Source: Candidatus Omnitrophota bacterium
GTDB lineage: Bacteria; Omnitrophota; Gorgyraeia; Gygaellales; JAHJCI01
Direction: 5' to 3'
Assembly: GCA_016783355.1 (NCBI GenBank)
Contig: JADHWR010000001.1
Span: 6,072-70,071 of the forward strand
DNA: 64,000 bases
Part shown: piece after piece, positions 40,532 through 49,644 of the stretch
Layout of the letters: each line of letters opens with the position of its first letter
Position numbering within the stretch: the stretch's first letter is position 1
Position numbers and translations under genes: made by a program
The notes under the pieces: generated by a model
Seen by the model: only the letters and a program-made list of their open reading frames with translations
Databases searched by the model: none
Told to the model about the DNA's origin: nothing

Positions 40532-41623
40532 TTAAAGAAACTCCTCTTGTTTTTCTCTGTGATAAGGCAAACCTAGTCGCTTATATGCCATCTCTGTTGC
40601 CATCCGACCCCGTGCTGTTCGCTTTAAATATCCTGCCTTTAAAAGATAGGGTTCGATCGTATCCATAATTGTCTGCCTATCCTCATTGAGACTTGCTGCT
40701 AATGCCTCTATGCCCACCGGCCCACCGGAATAAGTATCAATAATGATCCGTAAAAGGCGGCGGTCAATCTGATTAAGACCATTAGAATCAATACCCAATG
40801 CTTCTCTGGTCAACGTGACGAGATCTGCATCAATGACTTCTTTATTTTTTACTTGGGCGTAATCACGGACACGTCGCAGCATCCGATTGGCAATTCGTGG
40901 TGTTCCGCGACAACAGCGAGCAATCTCCATACTTGCTTCTTTCTCAATATTGATATCAAGCCTGTTTGCAGAATGGTGAATTATTAAAGATAAATCCTCT
41001 GGATTATAAAAATCAAGGTGGTAAAAAATTCCAAATCTACTGTGCAACGGTCCAGATAAAAGGCCTGCACGCGTCGTTGCACCGATTAAGGTAAAAGGCT
41101 TAAGATTGAATTTGATTGTCTTTGCATAGGGGCCTTTATCGATCAGAAAATCGATCTGAAAATTCTCCATTGCAGGATACAAAAATTCCTCCACTACTTT
41201 CGAGAGCCGGTGAATCTCATCAATAAACAAAATATCCCCTATTTCTAAATTGGTAAGAATCCCGATTAAATCTCCGGCACGTTCAATTGCCGGGCCTGCG
41301 GTAGCTGTAATCTTAGCCTGCATTGTCATCGTAATAACATGAGCGAGGCTGGTCTTGCCCAAACCAGGAGGACCGTTTAAAAGTATATGCTCTAATGGCT
41401 CTTTTCTCTGTTTTGCGGCTGCGATCACAACTTTAAGATTCTCAATAGTCTCCCCCTGCCCAACAAACTCAGCTAAACTACGTGGTCGAAGGCTAAGATT
41501 GAGGACATTATCTTCCTCTGTCTCCTTAAGATTAATGACTGACTTGTGTTGAGTCGGTTTGCCTTTCATCTTTCTCGTAAGGTAAAATATTGTTTGTATT
41601 GCGGGAAATCTTAATCTCCTCAA
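40532..41623 (-). CDS. ruvB: Holliday junction branch-migration helicase RuvB (start probably at MKGK, 41569)
   Basis: Has LRP..L.EFVGQ, Walker A GPPGLGKTSLA, Walker B LFIDEIHRL and TRAGLLS.PL.SRFG. Confidence 0.94.
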   Translation of the reverse strand: MRRLRFPAIQTIFYLTRKMKGKPTQHKSVINLKETEEDNVLNLSLRPRSLAEFVGQGETIENLKVVIAAAKQRKEPLEHILLNGPPGLGKTSLAHVITMTMQAKITATAGPAIERAGDLIGILTNLEIGDILFIDEIHRLSKVVEEFLYPAMENFQIDFLIDKGPYAKTIKFNLKPFTLIGATTRAGLLSGPLHSRFGIFYHLDFYNPEDLSLIIHHSANRLDINIEKEASMEIARCCRGTPRIANRMLRRVRDYAQVKNKEVIDADLVTLTREALGIDSNGLNQIDRRLLRIIIDTYSGGPVGIEALAASLNEDRQTIMDTIEPYLLKAGYLKRTARGRMATEMAYKRLGLPYHREKQEEFL

Positions 41624-42296
41624 ATAGCCGGTTTTGATAAATCACTATCTCTTTAAGGCGGATCAATTCAAGAACAGCTAAAAATATAGAAATTATCTCT
41701 AATTTATTCTTTGCTGATTGGAAAAGTTGATTTAAAACAATGAGATCTTGCTTAAGTAAAAAATGAAGAATCTCATGTATCTTTGCCTCCACGCTAAATT
41801 CATCTCTGACAACCTCATAAAATAAATCCTTAGGCACTTCACGCAAAGCTTCTGTGAATGCACAAATTAAATCAAATACCGATGCTTCAAAATATGGTTC
41901 TTTCCCTTCCTCTTTATGGGGTATTTGATGTGCCCGTCTTGTAAACTGAAGATCTCTTGCTTTTTCTCTCTCCCCTAAATGCTGGGCAACTTCTTTAAAC
42001 TTCTCATATTCCAATAACTTCTCTACTAATTCCTGGCGCGGGTCCATTTCATCCTTAATTTCCTCTTTCTTTGCCTGTGGAAGCAGCATCCGTGATTTAA
42101 TCTGTGTAAGCGTTGCTGCCATAACGAGAAACTCGCCCGCAATATTTAAATCCAAAAGGCGCATTAAATCTAAATATTCTAAATACTGCTGGGTTATTCT
42201 TGCGATGGGAATATCGTAGATGTTGATATGGTCTTTTTTTACTAAATAAAAAAGTAAATCCAAAGGACCTTCGAATATCTCAAGCTTAATTCTCAT
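41532..42296 (-). CDS. scpA: segregation and condensation protein A
   Basis: 254 aa. Has FEGPLDLLFYLVKK..I.IYDIPIA.IT.QYL.YL. Confidence 0.88.
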   Translation of the reverse strand: MRIKLEIFEGPLDLLFYLVKKDHINIYDIPIARITQQYLEYLDLMRLLDLNIAGEFLVMAATLTQIKSRMLLPQAKKEEIKDEMDPRQELVEKLLEYEKFKEVAQHLGEREKARDLQFTRRAHQIPHKEEGKEPYFEASVFDLICAFTEALREVPKDLFYEVVRDEFSVEAKIHEILHFLLKQDLIVLNQLFQSAKNKLEIISIFLAVLELIRLKEIVIYQNRLFEEIKISRNTNNILPYEKDERQTDSTQVSH

Positions 42297-42297
42297 C

Positions 42298-43281
42298 TCA
42301 CCACAGCCCTACCTTCTCTTTAACAGCGGCTAAAGTTTTCTCCGTAATAGGACGGACTGCCACTGCTCCCTTTTGAAGGATAGAATCAATCTGGCCTGAG
42401 TCCTCCATTAATTTCTGATAACGGGATTGTAAAGGCCGCAAATGCTCAATGATTACCTCTATCAACTCTTTTTTCAAAGCAACATAGCCTTTACCTTCGA
42501 ATCGGCGTTCTATATCTGGCCTGGGGTATTTGGTGAAGAGTTCATAAATAACCAAAAGGTTATAAATTCCTGGCCGGCTCTGATCAAAATGAATATCACG
42601 GCCTGAATCTGTAACGGCAGCCATAATCTTTGCCCGAATCTGATCAGGTGAATCAAGTAAATAAATTGCATGACCGAAACGCTCTTTGCTCTTACTCATC
42701 TTCTTTGTGGGCTCATCCAATCCCATAATACGTGCCCCTACTTCGGGAATAAGCACTTCCGGAATTTTAAAGGTTGGGCCATATATTGAGTTAAACCGCT
42801 TGGCAATATCCCGGGCAAACTCTACATGCTGCTTCTGGTCTTCTCCGACAGGAACTAAGTCTGTTTCGTAAAGCAGAATATCGGCAGCCATAAGAACAGG
42901 GTAATCAAAAAGACCAGTACTAACTTCATTTTTACACTCCTTTGATTTCTCTTTAAACTGTGTCATGCGATTCAACCACCCCATCGGAGTAAAACAGTTC
43001 AGGATCCAAGCAAGCTGTGCGTGTGCACTAACCTGAGATTGGACGAACACGAAGGATTTTTGGGGATCGATGCCGGAAGCTATAAGAAGAGCAGCTAATT
43101 GCCGTATCTGTCTTTTTAAAATCCTGGGATCCTGGTAAATAGTAATTGCGTGCAGGTCAACAATGCAAAAGATATTCTCAAATTCATCCTGCCGCAGCAC
43201 CCAATTTTGAACTGCTGCCAGGTAATTGCCAATGTGAATGTTACCTGTTGGTTGTATTCCAGAAAGTACTCGTTTTCTCAT
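42298..43281 (-). CDS. trpS: tryptophan--tRNA ligase
   Basis: 327 aa. Has SGIQPTG..HIGNY (HIGH) and KMSKS (KKMSKS). Confidence 0.94.
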   Translation of the reverse strand: MRKRVLSGIQPTGNIHIGNYLAAVQNWVLRQDEFENIFCIVDLHAITIYQDPRILKRQIRQLAALLIASGIDPQKSFVFVQSQVSAHAQLAWILNCFTPMGWLNRMTQFKEKSKECKNEVSTGLFDYPVLMAADILLYETDLVPVGEDQKQHVEFARDIAKRFNSIYGPTFKIPEVLIPEVGARIMGLDEPTKKMSKSKERFGHAIYLLDSPDQIRAKIMAAVTDSGRDIHFDQSRPGIYNLLVIYELFTKYPRPDIERRFEGKGYVALKKELIEVIIEHLRPLQSRYQKLMEDSGQIDSILQKGAVAVRPITEKTLAAVKEKVGLW

Positions 43282-43287
43282 TATTTT

Positions 43288-45378
43288 CTATAGTTTTCTT
43301 GCTATCTTCTCAATTTTATAGCCTTCCATTATATCGCCTATTTTATAATCAGAAAAATTACCTATGGATATGCCGCACTCATAACCTTCAGATACCTGAG
43401 AAACCTCATCTTTAAAACGCCGAAGATTGCTAATCTTTCCGCTAAAGATAGTAGTGTTGTCTCTGATTATATCTATATTGAGCGTGCGCAAGATCTTACC
43501 CTTAGTTATAGTACACCCCGCCACAACACCACTTCGCGAGAGATTAAAAACCTGCTTCACGCGTGCCTGTCCAAAAGATACCTTTTTTATCTTTGGGCTT
43601 AACAACCCTTCTAAAGCCGCCTTTATCTCCTCGACTAATTCATAAATTATATTGTATGTCCTTACCTCCACCTGCTCTTTTTTAATTAATTCCTTTGCTC
43701 GCTCTTCTATATTTATATGAAAACCCAAGATTAGCGCATCAGAGACAGACGCCAGCATTACATCTGAAGTGTTAATTAAGCCCACTCCTTTATGGGTTAT
43801 CTTAAATTTTACCTCTTTTGTCTCTAATTTTATTAGAGAATCCCGCACCGCCTCTAATGAGCCGAATGTGTCTGCTTTAATAATAATCTTCAGCTCTTTA
43901 AGAACACCGTTTTTTATTTCCTGATGTAAATCCTCCAGCGAAAACCGATGTGGTGAAATATTCCTTTTTTCCTTTGTCTCGCGCAGCGAGATAAGTGCTC
44001 TTGCCCCTTTCTCGTCCTTGACAACAAAAAATCTCTCTCCTGCCTCAGGCACGGATTCAAAACCTAAAATTCCCACAGGCTGACTGGCAGTAGCTTCCTC
44101 AACTCTCTGGCCACAGTCATTAAATATTGCCTTTACCTTTGCTAAGTTCTTCCCCGCAACAAGTAGATCATTAAGATGTAATTTTCCATTCTGCACCAAT
44201 AAAGTTGCCAGAGGACCCCTGTTTGGGTCCTGTCTTGCCTCAATAACAACACCCCTTGCTATCTGATTATAATCTGCTTTCAATTCTAACATTTCTGCCT
44301 CTAAAAGAATCATCTCTAATAATTCATCTATGCCCTGACCGGTTTTGGCAGAAACCTCTACCGTTACGGTCTTGCCTTGCCACTCCTCAGGAACTAAACC
44401 AATATCAGCAAGTTGCTTCTTTACCCTATCTACGTTAGCCTGAACTCGATCAACTTTATTTATGGCGACAATTATAGGAACCTCAGCATCTCGGGCATGG
44501 TTAATTGCCTCAATTGTCTGAGGCATAACACCATCATCAGCAGCAACCACTAAAACAACAATATCTGTAATCTGTGCGCCCCGTGCACGCATTGCCGTAA
44601 ATGCCTCATGACCGGGTGTATCCAAAAATGCAATCTTACCCTTATCTAAATTAACCTCATATGCACCGATGTGCTGGGTTATGCCTCCATGTTCAAAATC
44701 AACGACCTTTGTCTTTCTAATCATATCCAAAAGGGAGGTCTTACCATGGTCAACATGACCCATAAATGTTACTACGGGTGGACGAACATTTAAATCCTGA
44801 GGCTGGCTTGATACCTCATGTAAGGAAAGCAGGCGTTCTTCTAAAGAGGGAGCCTGCTTGACTTTAAAGCCAAAATTCTCACAAACCTGCTCTACTTCAT
44901 CTTTTCCTAAAGATTGGTTAATGTTGGCTAGGATTTTTAACTTTAAAAGTTCCTGCATTAGCTGCGAGAGTTTAATTTGAAGCTTAACCGCTAAATTCTT
45001 AACAGAAATAGGGAAATCTAATTCTAATACCTTAGCTTGTGGCGCCTCTTCAACCAAAATTGCTTGTAGCTGCTGGGGTTGAGGCTCTAAGGTCTTTGCT
45101 TGAATTTTAGACTTGCGGGAGACTCTTCTCTTTGGTTTAGGGGCTATTTCTTTCCTCTTGATTTGCTTTTTGCCTGGCTCTTTTCGTAGGACCGCAGGCT
45201 TTTTTGCTTTCCTTGCCCCGTTTGAAATCCCTCGCCTAACGGCGGGGGCAGCTACCTTTGGTGTCTTACTTCGAACGGGGTTTGGCTTTGTAGAGGAAGC
45301 CCTTAAGCGAGTCTTTGAAGCCTTTCTCACTTTAGTTTTTAATGCTTTTGGTTTCTTAGGTTTTTTTATCTTTTTCAT
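43288..45378 (-). CDS. infB: translation initiation factor IF-2, carrying a 23-codon element insertion in the basic N-terminal region
   Basis: 696 aa. Has the G domain [21 protein letters not shown] and NKVD. Confidence 0.94.
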   Translation of the reverse strand: MKKIKKPKKPKALKTKVRKASKTRLRASSTKPNPVRSKTPKVAAPAVRRGISNGARKAKKPAVLRKEPGKKQIKRKEIAPKPKRRVSRKSKIQAKTLEPQPQQLQAILVEEAPQAKVLELDFPISVKNLAVKLQIKLSQLMQELLKLKILANINQSLGKDEVEQVCENFGFKVKQAPSLEERLLSLHEVSSQPQDLNVRPPVVTFMGHVDHGKTSLLDMIRKTKVVDFEHGGITQHIGAYEVNLDKGKIAFLDTPGHEAFTAMRARGAQITDIVVLVVAADDGVMPQTIEAINHARDAEVPIIVAINKVDRVQANVDRVKKQLADIGLVPEEWQGKTVTVEVSAKTGQGIDELLEMILLEAEMLELKADYNQIARGVVIEARQDPNRGPLATLLVQNGKLHLNDLLVAGKNLAKVKAIFNDCGQRVEEATASQPVGILGFESVPEAGERFFVVKDEKGARALISLRETKEKRNISPHRFSLEDLHQEIKNGVLKELKIIIKADTFGSLEAVRDSLIKLETKEVKFKITHKGVGLINTSDVMLASVSDALILGFHINIEERAKELIKKEQVEVRTYNIIYELVEEIKAALEGLLSPKIKKVSFGQARVKQVFNLSRSGVVAGCTITKGKILRTLNIDIIRDNTTIFSGKISNLRRFKDEVSQVSEGYECGISIGNFSDYKIGDIMEGYKIEKIARKL
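45216..45280. mobile_element. 65-bp TIR element in frame inside infB (flanks cttg / tttg)
   Basis: The sequence reads cttg|ccccgtttgaaat ccctcgcctaacggcggggg cagctacctttggtgtctt acttcgaacgggg|tttg. It encodes PVRSKTPKVAAPAVRRGISNGA. Confidence 0.8.
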
Positions 45379-46549
45379 TTAATGGAATTGTCTTTTTTGC
45401 CTCACTAATTAATTTCTTTGCTTTCTTCTGCCCCATTCCTTTGACCTTGCATAAATCATCTATAGCCGCCCCTGCCAGATCAATAACACTCTTAAAACCT
45501 GCAGCATTTAAATTTTCTAAGAGTTTTTCTCCAACGCCGGAAAGATTTATTAAATCATCCTTGGGAGGTGCCTCCTTTAATCTCTGCTTTTCCACGTCTT
45601 CTGGGCTGCGAATATCTAACTCCCAGCCAACAAGACGACTGGCTAAACGAACATTTTGACCGTTTCTGCCAATTGCTAAAGATAACTGATCTCTATTAAC
45701 AATAACCTCCGCTCTCTGATTTGCTTTATCTAAGCATACCTCTATAATCTGGGCAGGAGAAAGGGCAGCAATAATATAATCTTTCATATTTTCACTATAG
45801 CGAACAATATCAATCTTTTCCCCTCTTAATTCATTAACAACGTTTTTCACGCGGCTACCCCGCATTCCTACGCAGGCACCGACAGAATCGACCCTCTCAT
45901 CCTTTGAATAAACAGTTATCTTCGTGCGTTCGCCTGGCTGGCGAGCAATTGCTCTGATTTCAACAATGCCCTCATAAATCTCAGGAACCTCCAATTCAAA
46001 GATTTTCTTTACAAAATTAGAGTGACTACGGGAAAGAATAATTTGTGCACCCCTGACTTGCTTACTCACCTCTAAAACATAAGTCCGGATACGTTCGCCT
46101 TGACGAAATGTCTCGTTTGGACACTGATGGCGACGTGGCAAAATGCCCTCACCTTTACCTAAGAGATCGATAATGATGCTATTTCTTTCAAAGCGGTACA
46201 CTGTTCCACTAACAATCTCACCTACCCTGTCTTGGAATTCAATAAATATGTTCTCTTTTTCTGCCTCACGAATCTTCTGAATAATAACCTGTTTTGCTGT
46301 CTGAGCAGCAATGCGCCCAAAATCGAGGTCCGTGATTTTCTTACCTTCATATGTTGCCTGAATCTCTCCATTGTTTGGGTTAATGACAACTTGAATGTCA
46401 TGACTCGATTCAAGATTCAATGTTTTCCTAATCGCACTGACCATTGCCGTCTCCACCGCATTAATTAAAACCTCTTTCTTTATTCCTTTTTCTCGTTCAA
46501 TCTGTTCTAATATTGCCAATAATTCCTTAGACATCTCTCTATTCTCCAT
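45356..46549 (-). CDS. nusA: transcription termination/antitermination factor NusA
   Basis: 397 aa. Has the N-terminal L..L..IE.EKGI, S1 and KH domains (ACVG.RGSRV..V..EL.GEKIDIV) and IG..GQNVRLAS.L.GW..DI. Confidence 0.94.
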   Translation of the reverse strand: MENREMSKELLAILEQIEREKGIKKEVLINAVETAMVSAIRKTLNLESSHDIQVVINPNNGEIQATYEGKKITDLDFGRIAAQTAKQVIIQKIREAEKENIFIEFQDRVGEIVSGTVYRFERNSIIIDLLGKGEGILPRRHQCPNETFRQGERIRTYVLEVSKQVRGAQIILSRSHSNFVKKIFELEVPEIYEGIVEIRAIARQPGERTKITVYSKDERVDSVGACVGMRGSRVKNVVNELRGEKIDIVRYSENMKDYIIAALSPAQIIEVCLDKANQRAEVIVNRDQLSLAIGRNGQNVRLASRLVGWELDIRSPEDVEKQRLKEAPPKDDLINLSGVGEKLLENLNAAGFKSVIDLAGAAIDDLCKVKGMGQKKAKKLISEAKKTIPLNEKDKKT

Positions 46550-46637
46550 GTTCTTTGTCTAAATATGGGTAAATATGGGGACGGTTCTCGCTATCTTATT
46601 GTAATACAACAAGATAAAAATAAATTTTCGCCACAAA

Positions 46638-46797
46638 GTCGCCACAAAAACGTTGACGACCCGCCAAAGTATTGTGGCGGGATTTGCACCAGAAAGTCGC
46701 CACAAAGCGTTGGCGACCCGCCAAAGTATTATGGCGGGATTTGCACCAGAAAGTCGCCACAAAGCGTTGGCGACCCGCCAAAGTATTATGGCGGGAT
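46638..46797. repeat. 57/58-bp tandem repeat x3, each unit made of two hairpins (GTCGCCA-N8-TGGCGAC and CCGCCA-N8-TGGCGG), in the rimP-nusA spacer
   Basis: Units start at 46638, 46696 and 46753. Further CCGCCAA...TTGGCGG hairpins follow to about 46850. One inverted copy lies at 63563-63607. Confidence 0.9.
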
Positions 46798-46853
46798 TGG
46801 CGCATCCGCCGGTTCTTATTGGAGGCGAATCCGCCAATTATTTTGGCGGAAGC

Positions 46854-47312
46854 TCAAAATTCCAACTTCGCCTTACTAATATTATCCCAGGGTGTCTCTA
46901 GGACCCCCTTTTCGGTTTCCATAATCAATAAATTCTGCTCCACACAAGAAATCACACCTCTAGCCTCCCACTTTCCTTGCTCAGGCTGTTTGAAAAAGAC
47001 CTTTATCTTCTTTTTGATACATCGTCTAAAATCATCTAAATTTAGCAAAGGCCGATCCAAACCAGGAGAGGCAACTTCTAATGTATAAGCATCCTCAATA
47101 ATATTCTCTTCATCTAAAATCTGAGCTATTTCATTATTTAAAGATGCGCACTTATTTAAAGTTACCCCACCCTCTGCCTTATCTACTAAAATACGAAGGG
47201 TTGAGTCTTTTCTTCTGTATTGATAACTCAGATCCACAAGAAAGAGATTTTGCCCTGCCAAATAATTGCTAACTATCTCTCGTAATCTGGACTCTATCTC
47301 GTGTTTGTCCAT
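46854..47312 (-). CDS. rimP: ribosome maturation factor RimP
   Basis: 152 aa. It sits upstream of nusA and has the DUF150-like pattern L.V.VD...G.V.L..C...N..I...LD......Y.LEVASPGLDRPL. Confidence 0.88.
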   Translation of the reverse strand: MDKHEIESRLREIVSNYLAGQNLFLVDLSYQYRRKDSTLRILVDKAEGGVTLNKCASLNNEIAQILDEENIIEDAYTLEVASPGLDRPLLNLDDFRRCIKKKIKVFFKQPEQGKWEARGVISCVEQNLLIMETEKGVLETPWDNISKAKLEF

Positions 47313-48565
47313 TAAATCGGCCCTATATCCTTCATTGTAGTTGTGATGACCTCATCTATCTTGTCTGATTTTAAAATGCGTCTTTCGCCTGTGCGACGAA
47401 TCTTTAGCTCTATTTTATTTTCTCTTAAGAGCCTGCTGCTAATGATAATCTGCAAAGGTATGCCAATTAAATCTGCATCTTTAAATTTAATCCCGGCATA
47501 TTCATCGCGCTCATCCATTAAGAGCTCGAAATCTTCTTTTAGGCTATTGTAAATACCCAAAGCCACTTCATAAACCCTGCCATTTCTCTCTAATGGCAAA
47601 ATAATAATTTTGTAGGGGCTGACCTCTGTTGGCCAGATAATTCCATCTTCATCATTATTTTGTTCAATTATTGCTGAGATTATTCGTGAAACCCCCATAC
47701 CGTAACATCCCATAATCAGCGGCTTTTCTTTTCCCTCTGCATTAAGAAAATGTGCTTCCTGAATACCGCTATACTTCGTACCTAACTGAAAAATATGTCC
47801 GATCTCAATTGCATTTATCTTCTCTAAAGACCTACTGCAGTTTGGACAACGAGAAGTCGCAACGCTTGAGCTTACGCTATATTTACAACTCTTACAATAT
47901 TTAACAATATCCTCACCCGCCGCGGCTACTGCCATAAATTCATGAGAGATGCCTCCACCCATCAGCCCAGGGTCAGCCTCAACCTCAACAAAGGTCAAAC
48001 CCAGCCTTTTAAATATACGCGCGTAAGTCTGACGCATCTTCTTGTAGCTCATCTTTAATCCCTCTTCATTACAATCAAAGCTATAAGCATCCTTCATAAT
48101 AAACTCGCAGGAGCGCAGAAGACCAAACCGCGGACGGATTTCATCACGAAATTTAACCTGAATCTGGTAAAGAATAAGGGGTAGTTGCCGGTAAGAAAAA
48201 ATATTCTTTTTTGCCAAATCAGTAATAATCTCTTCGTGTGTTGGCCCAAGACAAAGGTTGCGGCCACGGCGGTCAGCAAAGCGAAACATAACCTGGCCTA
48301 TTTCTTTGTTGCGCCCCGAATTTATCCATAACTCTTGCGGCTGTAAGGCAGAAAGTAACAACTCTTGCGCCCCGGAAGCATCCATTTCCTGGCGAATAAT
48401 CTTCTCGATATTATTTAAAACCTTCCAGCCTAAAGGCAGATAAGTATAGACTCCTGCAATGAGCATACGGATAAAGCCCCCGCGCACAAGCAAGCTATGA
48501 CTCGCTGTCTGTGCTCCTTCAGGTATTTCTTTTAAGGTTGGAATAAATGCCTTCGTCCAGAACAT
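47312..48565 (-). CDS. proS: proline--tRNA ligase, bacterial type but lacking the INS editing domain
   Basis: 417 aa. Has SH.LLVRGGFIR, class II motifs (FRDE.RPRFGL.R..EF.MKDAYSF; GIEVGH-like AIEIGHIFQLGTKYS) and a CKSC-x12-CPNC segment where INS normally sits. Confidence 0.9.
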   Translation of the reverse strand: MFWTKAFIPTLKEIPEGAQTASHSLLVRGGFIRMLIAGVYTYLPLGWKVLNNIEKIIRQEMDASGAQELLLSALQPQELWINSGRNKEIGQVMFRFADRRGRNLCLGPTHEEIITDLAKKNIFSYRQLPLILYQIQVKFRDEIRPRFGLLRSCEFIMKDAYSFDCNEEGLKMSYKKMRQTYARIFKRLGLTFVEVEADPGLMGGGISHEFMAVAAAGEDIVKYCKSCKYSVSSSVATSRCPNCSRSLEKINAIEIGHIFQLGTKYSGIQEAHFLNAEGKEKPLIMGCYGMGVSRIISAIIEQNNDEDGIIWPTEVSPYKIIILPLERNGRVYEVALGIYNSLKEDFELLMDERDEYAGIKFKDADLIGIPLQIIISSRLLRENKIELKIRRTGERRILKSDKIDEVITTTMKDIGPI

Positions 48566-48575
48566 CCGTTGAATA

Positions 48576-49643
48576 TTATCTAATTTTACTTAACTCTTCT
48601 AGCAATACATCCACGCATTTTTCAACTGGAACTTTTTTTACGGGTTTACCTTTCTTGAATAATAAGCCCTCACTTTTTCCAAAGGCTATTCCTATATTTG
48701 CTTCTTTTGCCTCTCCAGGCCCATTAACCTCACAGCCCATCAGAGCTAATTTCATTGGCCGGGTTGACGCTTGAAAGTTAAGAGTTGAGAGTTTTTCTTG
48801 TAACTCTTTAACAATTTTAATTAAATCTACCCGGCACCTGCCGCAAGTCGGACAACTGATAATCTCTGGGCTAAATTTCCTTAATCCCAATACATTAAGG
48901 ATATCCTTTGCTACCCTTATTTCTTGCGCTGCCGTGTCAGTCAGAGACACTCTTATTGTATCACCGATACCCTCACAAAGCAAACTCCCCAGGCTAATCG
49001 CTGACTTTATTGTCCCTATTCTGGAAGGACCTGCAGCAGTCAGGCCTAAATGAAAAGGATAATCGCAAAGCTTGGCCATCTTTTGATATGCCTTGATTGT
49101 CTCAAAGATATCGGATGATTTTAACGAGACAACAATATCACAAAAACCAAAATCTTCTAATATCCTGATATAACCCAAAGCGCTCTTTACTAAAAGCGCG
49201 CTCTGCCTAAGGCGCGATGCCTGAGATCCAAAAGATTTTATGGAACCTGAATTTACCCCAACTCTAATGGGAATATGCCTGCGCTTCGCCTGACAGATAA
49301 TCTCATAAATATCATTCTTTTTATAGATATTACCCGGATTAAGTCTGATTTTGTCAGCCCCTGCCTCTATTGCTCCAAGCGCCAAGTTTTTATCAAAATG
49401 TATATCTGCCACCAGGGGCATCCGGGTCTGGGTTCTGATAACTTTTAAGGCCAAAATATCCTTATTGTCCTTAATTGCTAAACGTAAGATTTCACATCCT
49501 GCCTTATCTAATGCCTCTATTTCCTTTAAGGCAGCAGATACAAATTCAGTCTTTGTCTTGAGCATTGACTGAATGGCAACAGGGGTATTTCCACCGATAA
49601 TCAGACGACCTACTTTAATTCTTTTGGTCTTGCGCCGCATCAT
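48576..49643 (-). CDS. ispG: 4-hydroxy-3-methylbut-2-enyl diphosphate synthase
   Basis: Has RRKT..I.VG...IGG..PV.IQSM, RI.V...A, RINPGN-like RLNPGN and CPTCGR. The start is taken at Met12 to avoid overlap with rseP. Confidence 0.92.
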   Translation of the reverse strand: MMRRKTKRIKVGRLIIGGNTPVAIQSMLKTKTEFVSAALKEIEALDKAGCEILRLAIKDNKDILALKVIRTQTRMPLVADIHFDKNLALGAIEAGADKIRLNPGNIYKKNDIYEIICQAKRRHIPIRVGVNSGSIKSFGSQASRLRQSALLVKSALGYIRILEDFGFCDIVVSLKSSDIFETIKAYQKMAKLCDYPFHLGLTAAGPSRIGTIKSAISLGSLLCEGIGDTIRVSLTDTAAQEIRVAKDILNVLGLRKFSPEIISCPTCGRCRVDLIKIVKELQEKLSTLNFQASTRPMKLALMGCEVNGPGEAKEANIGIAFGKSEGLLFKKGKPVKKVPVEKCVDVLLEELSKIR

Positions 49644-49644
49644 T

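Noticed and set aside
46559-47088. Cluster of overlapping ORFs on both strands in the rimP-nusA spacer
   Set aside because: All are translations of the 57-bp tandem repeat (periodic peptides such as GDPPKYYGGICTRKSPQSV) or antisense readings running on into rimP. They are open in several frames only because the repeat lacks stops.
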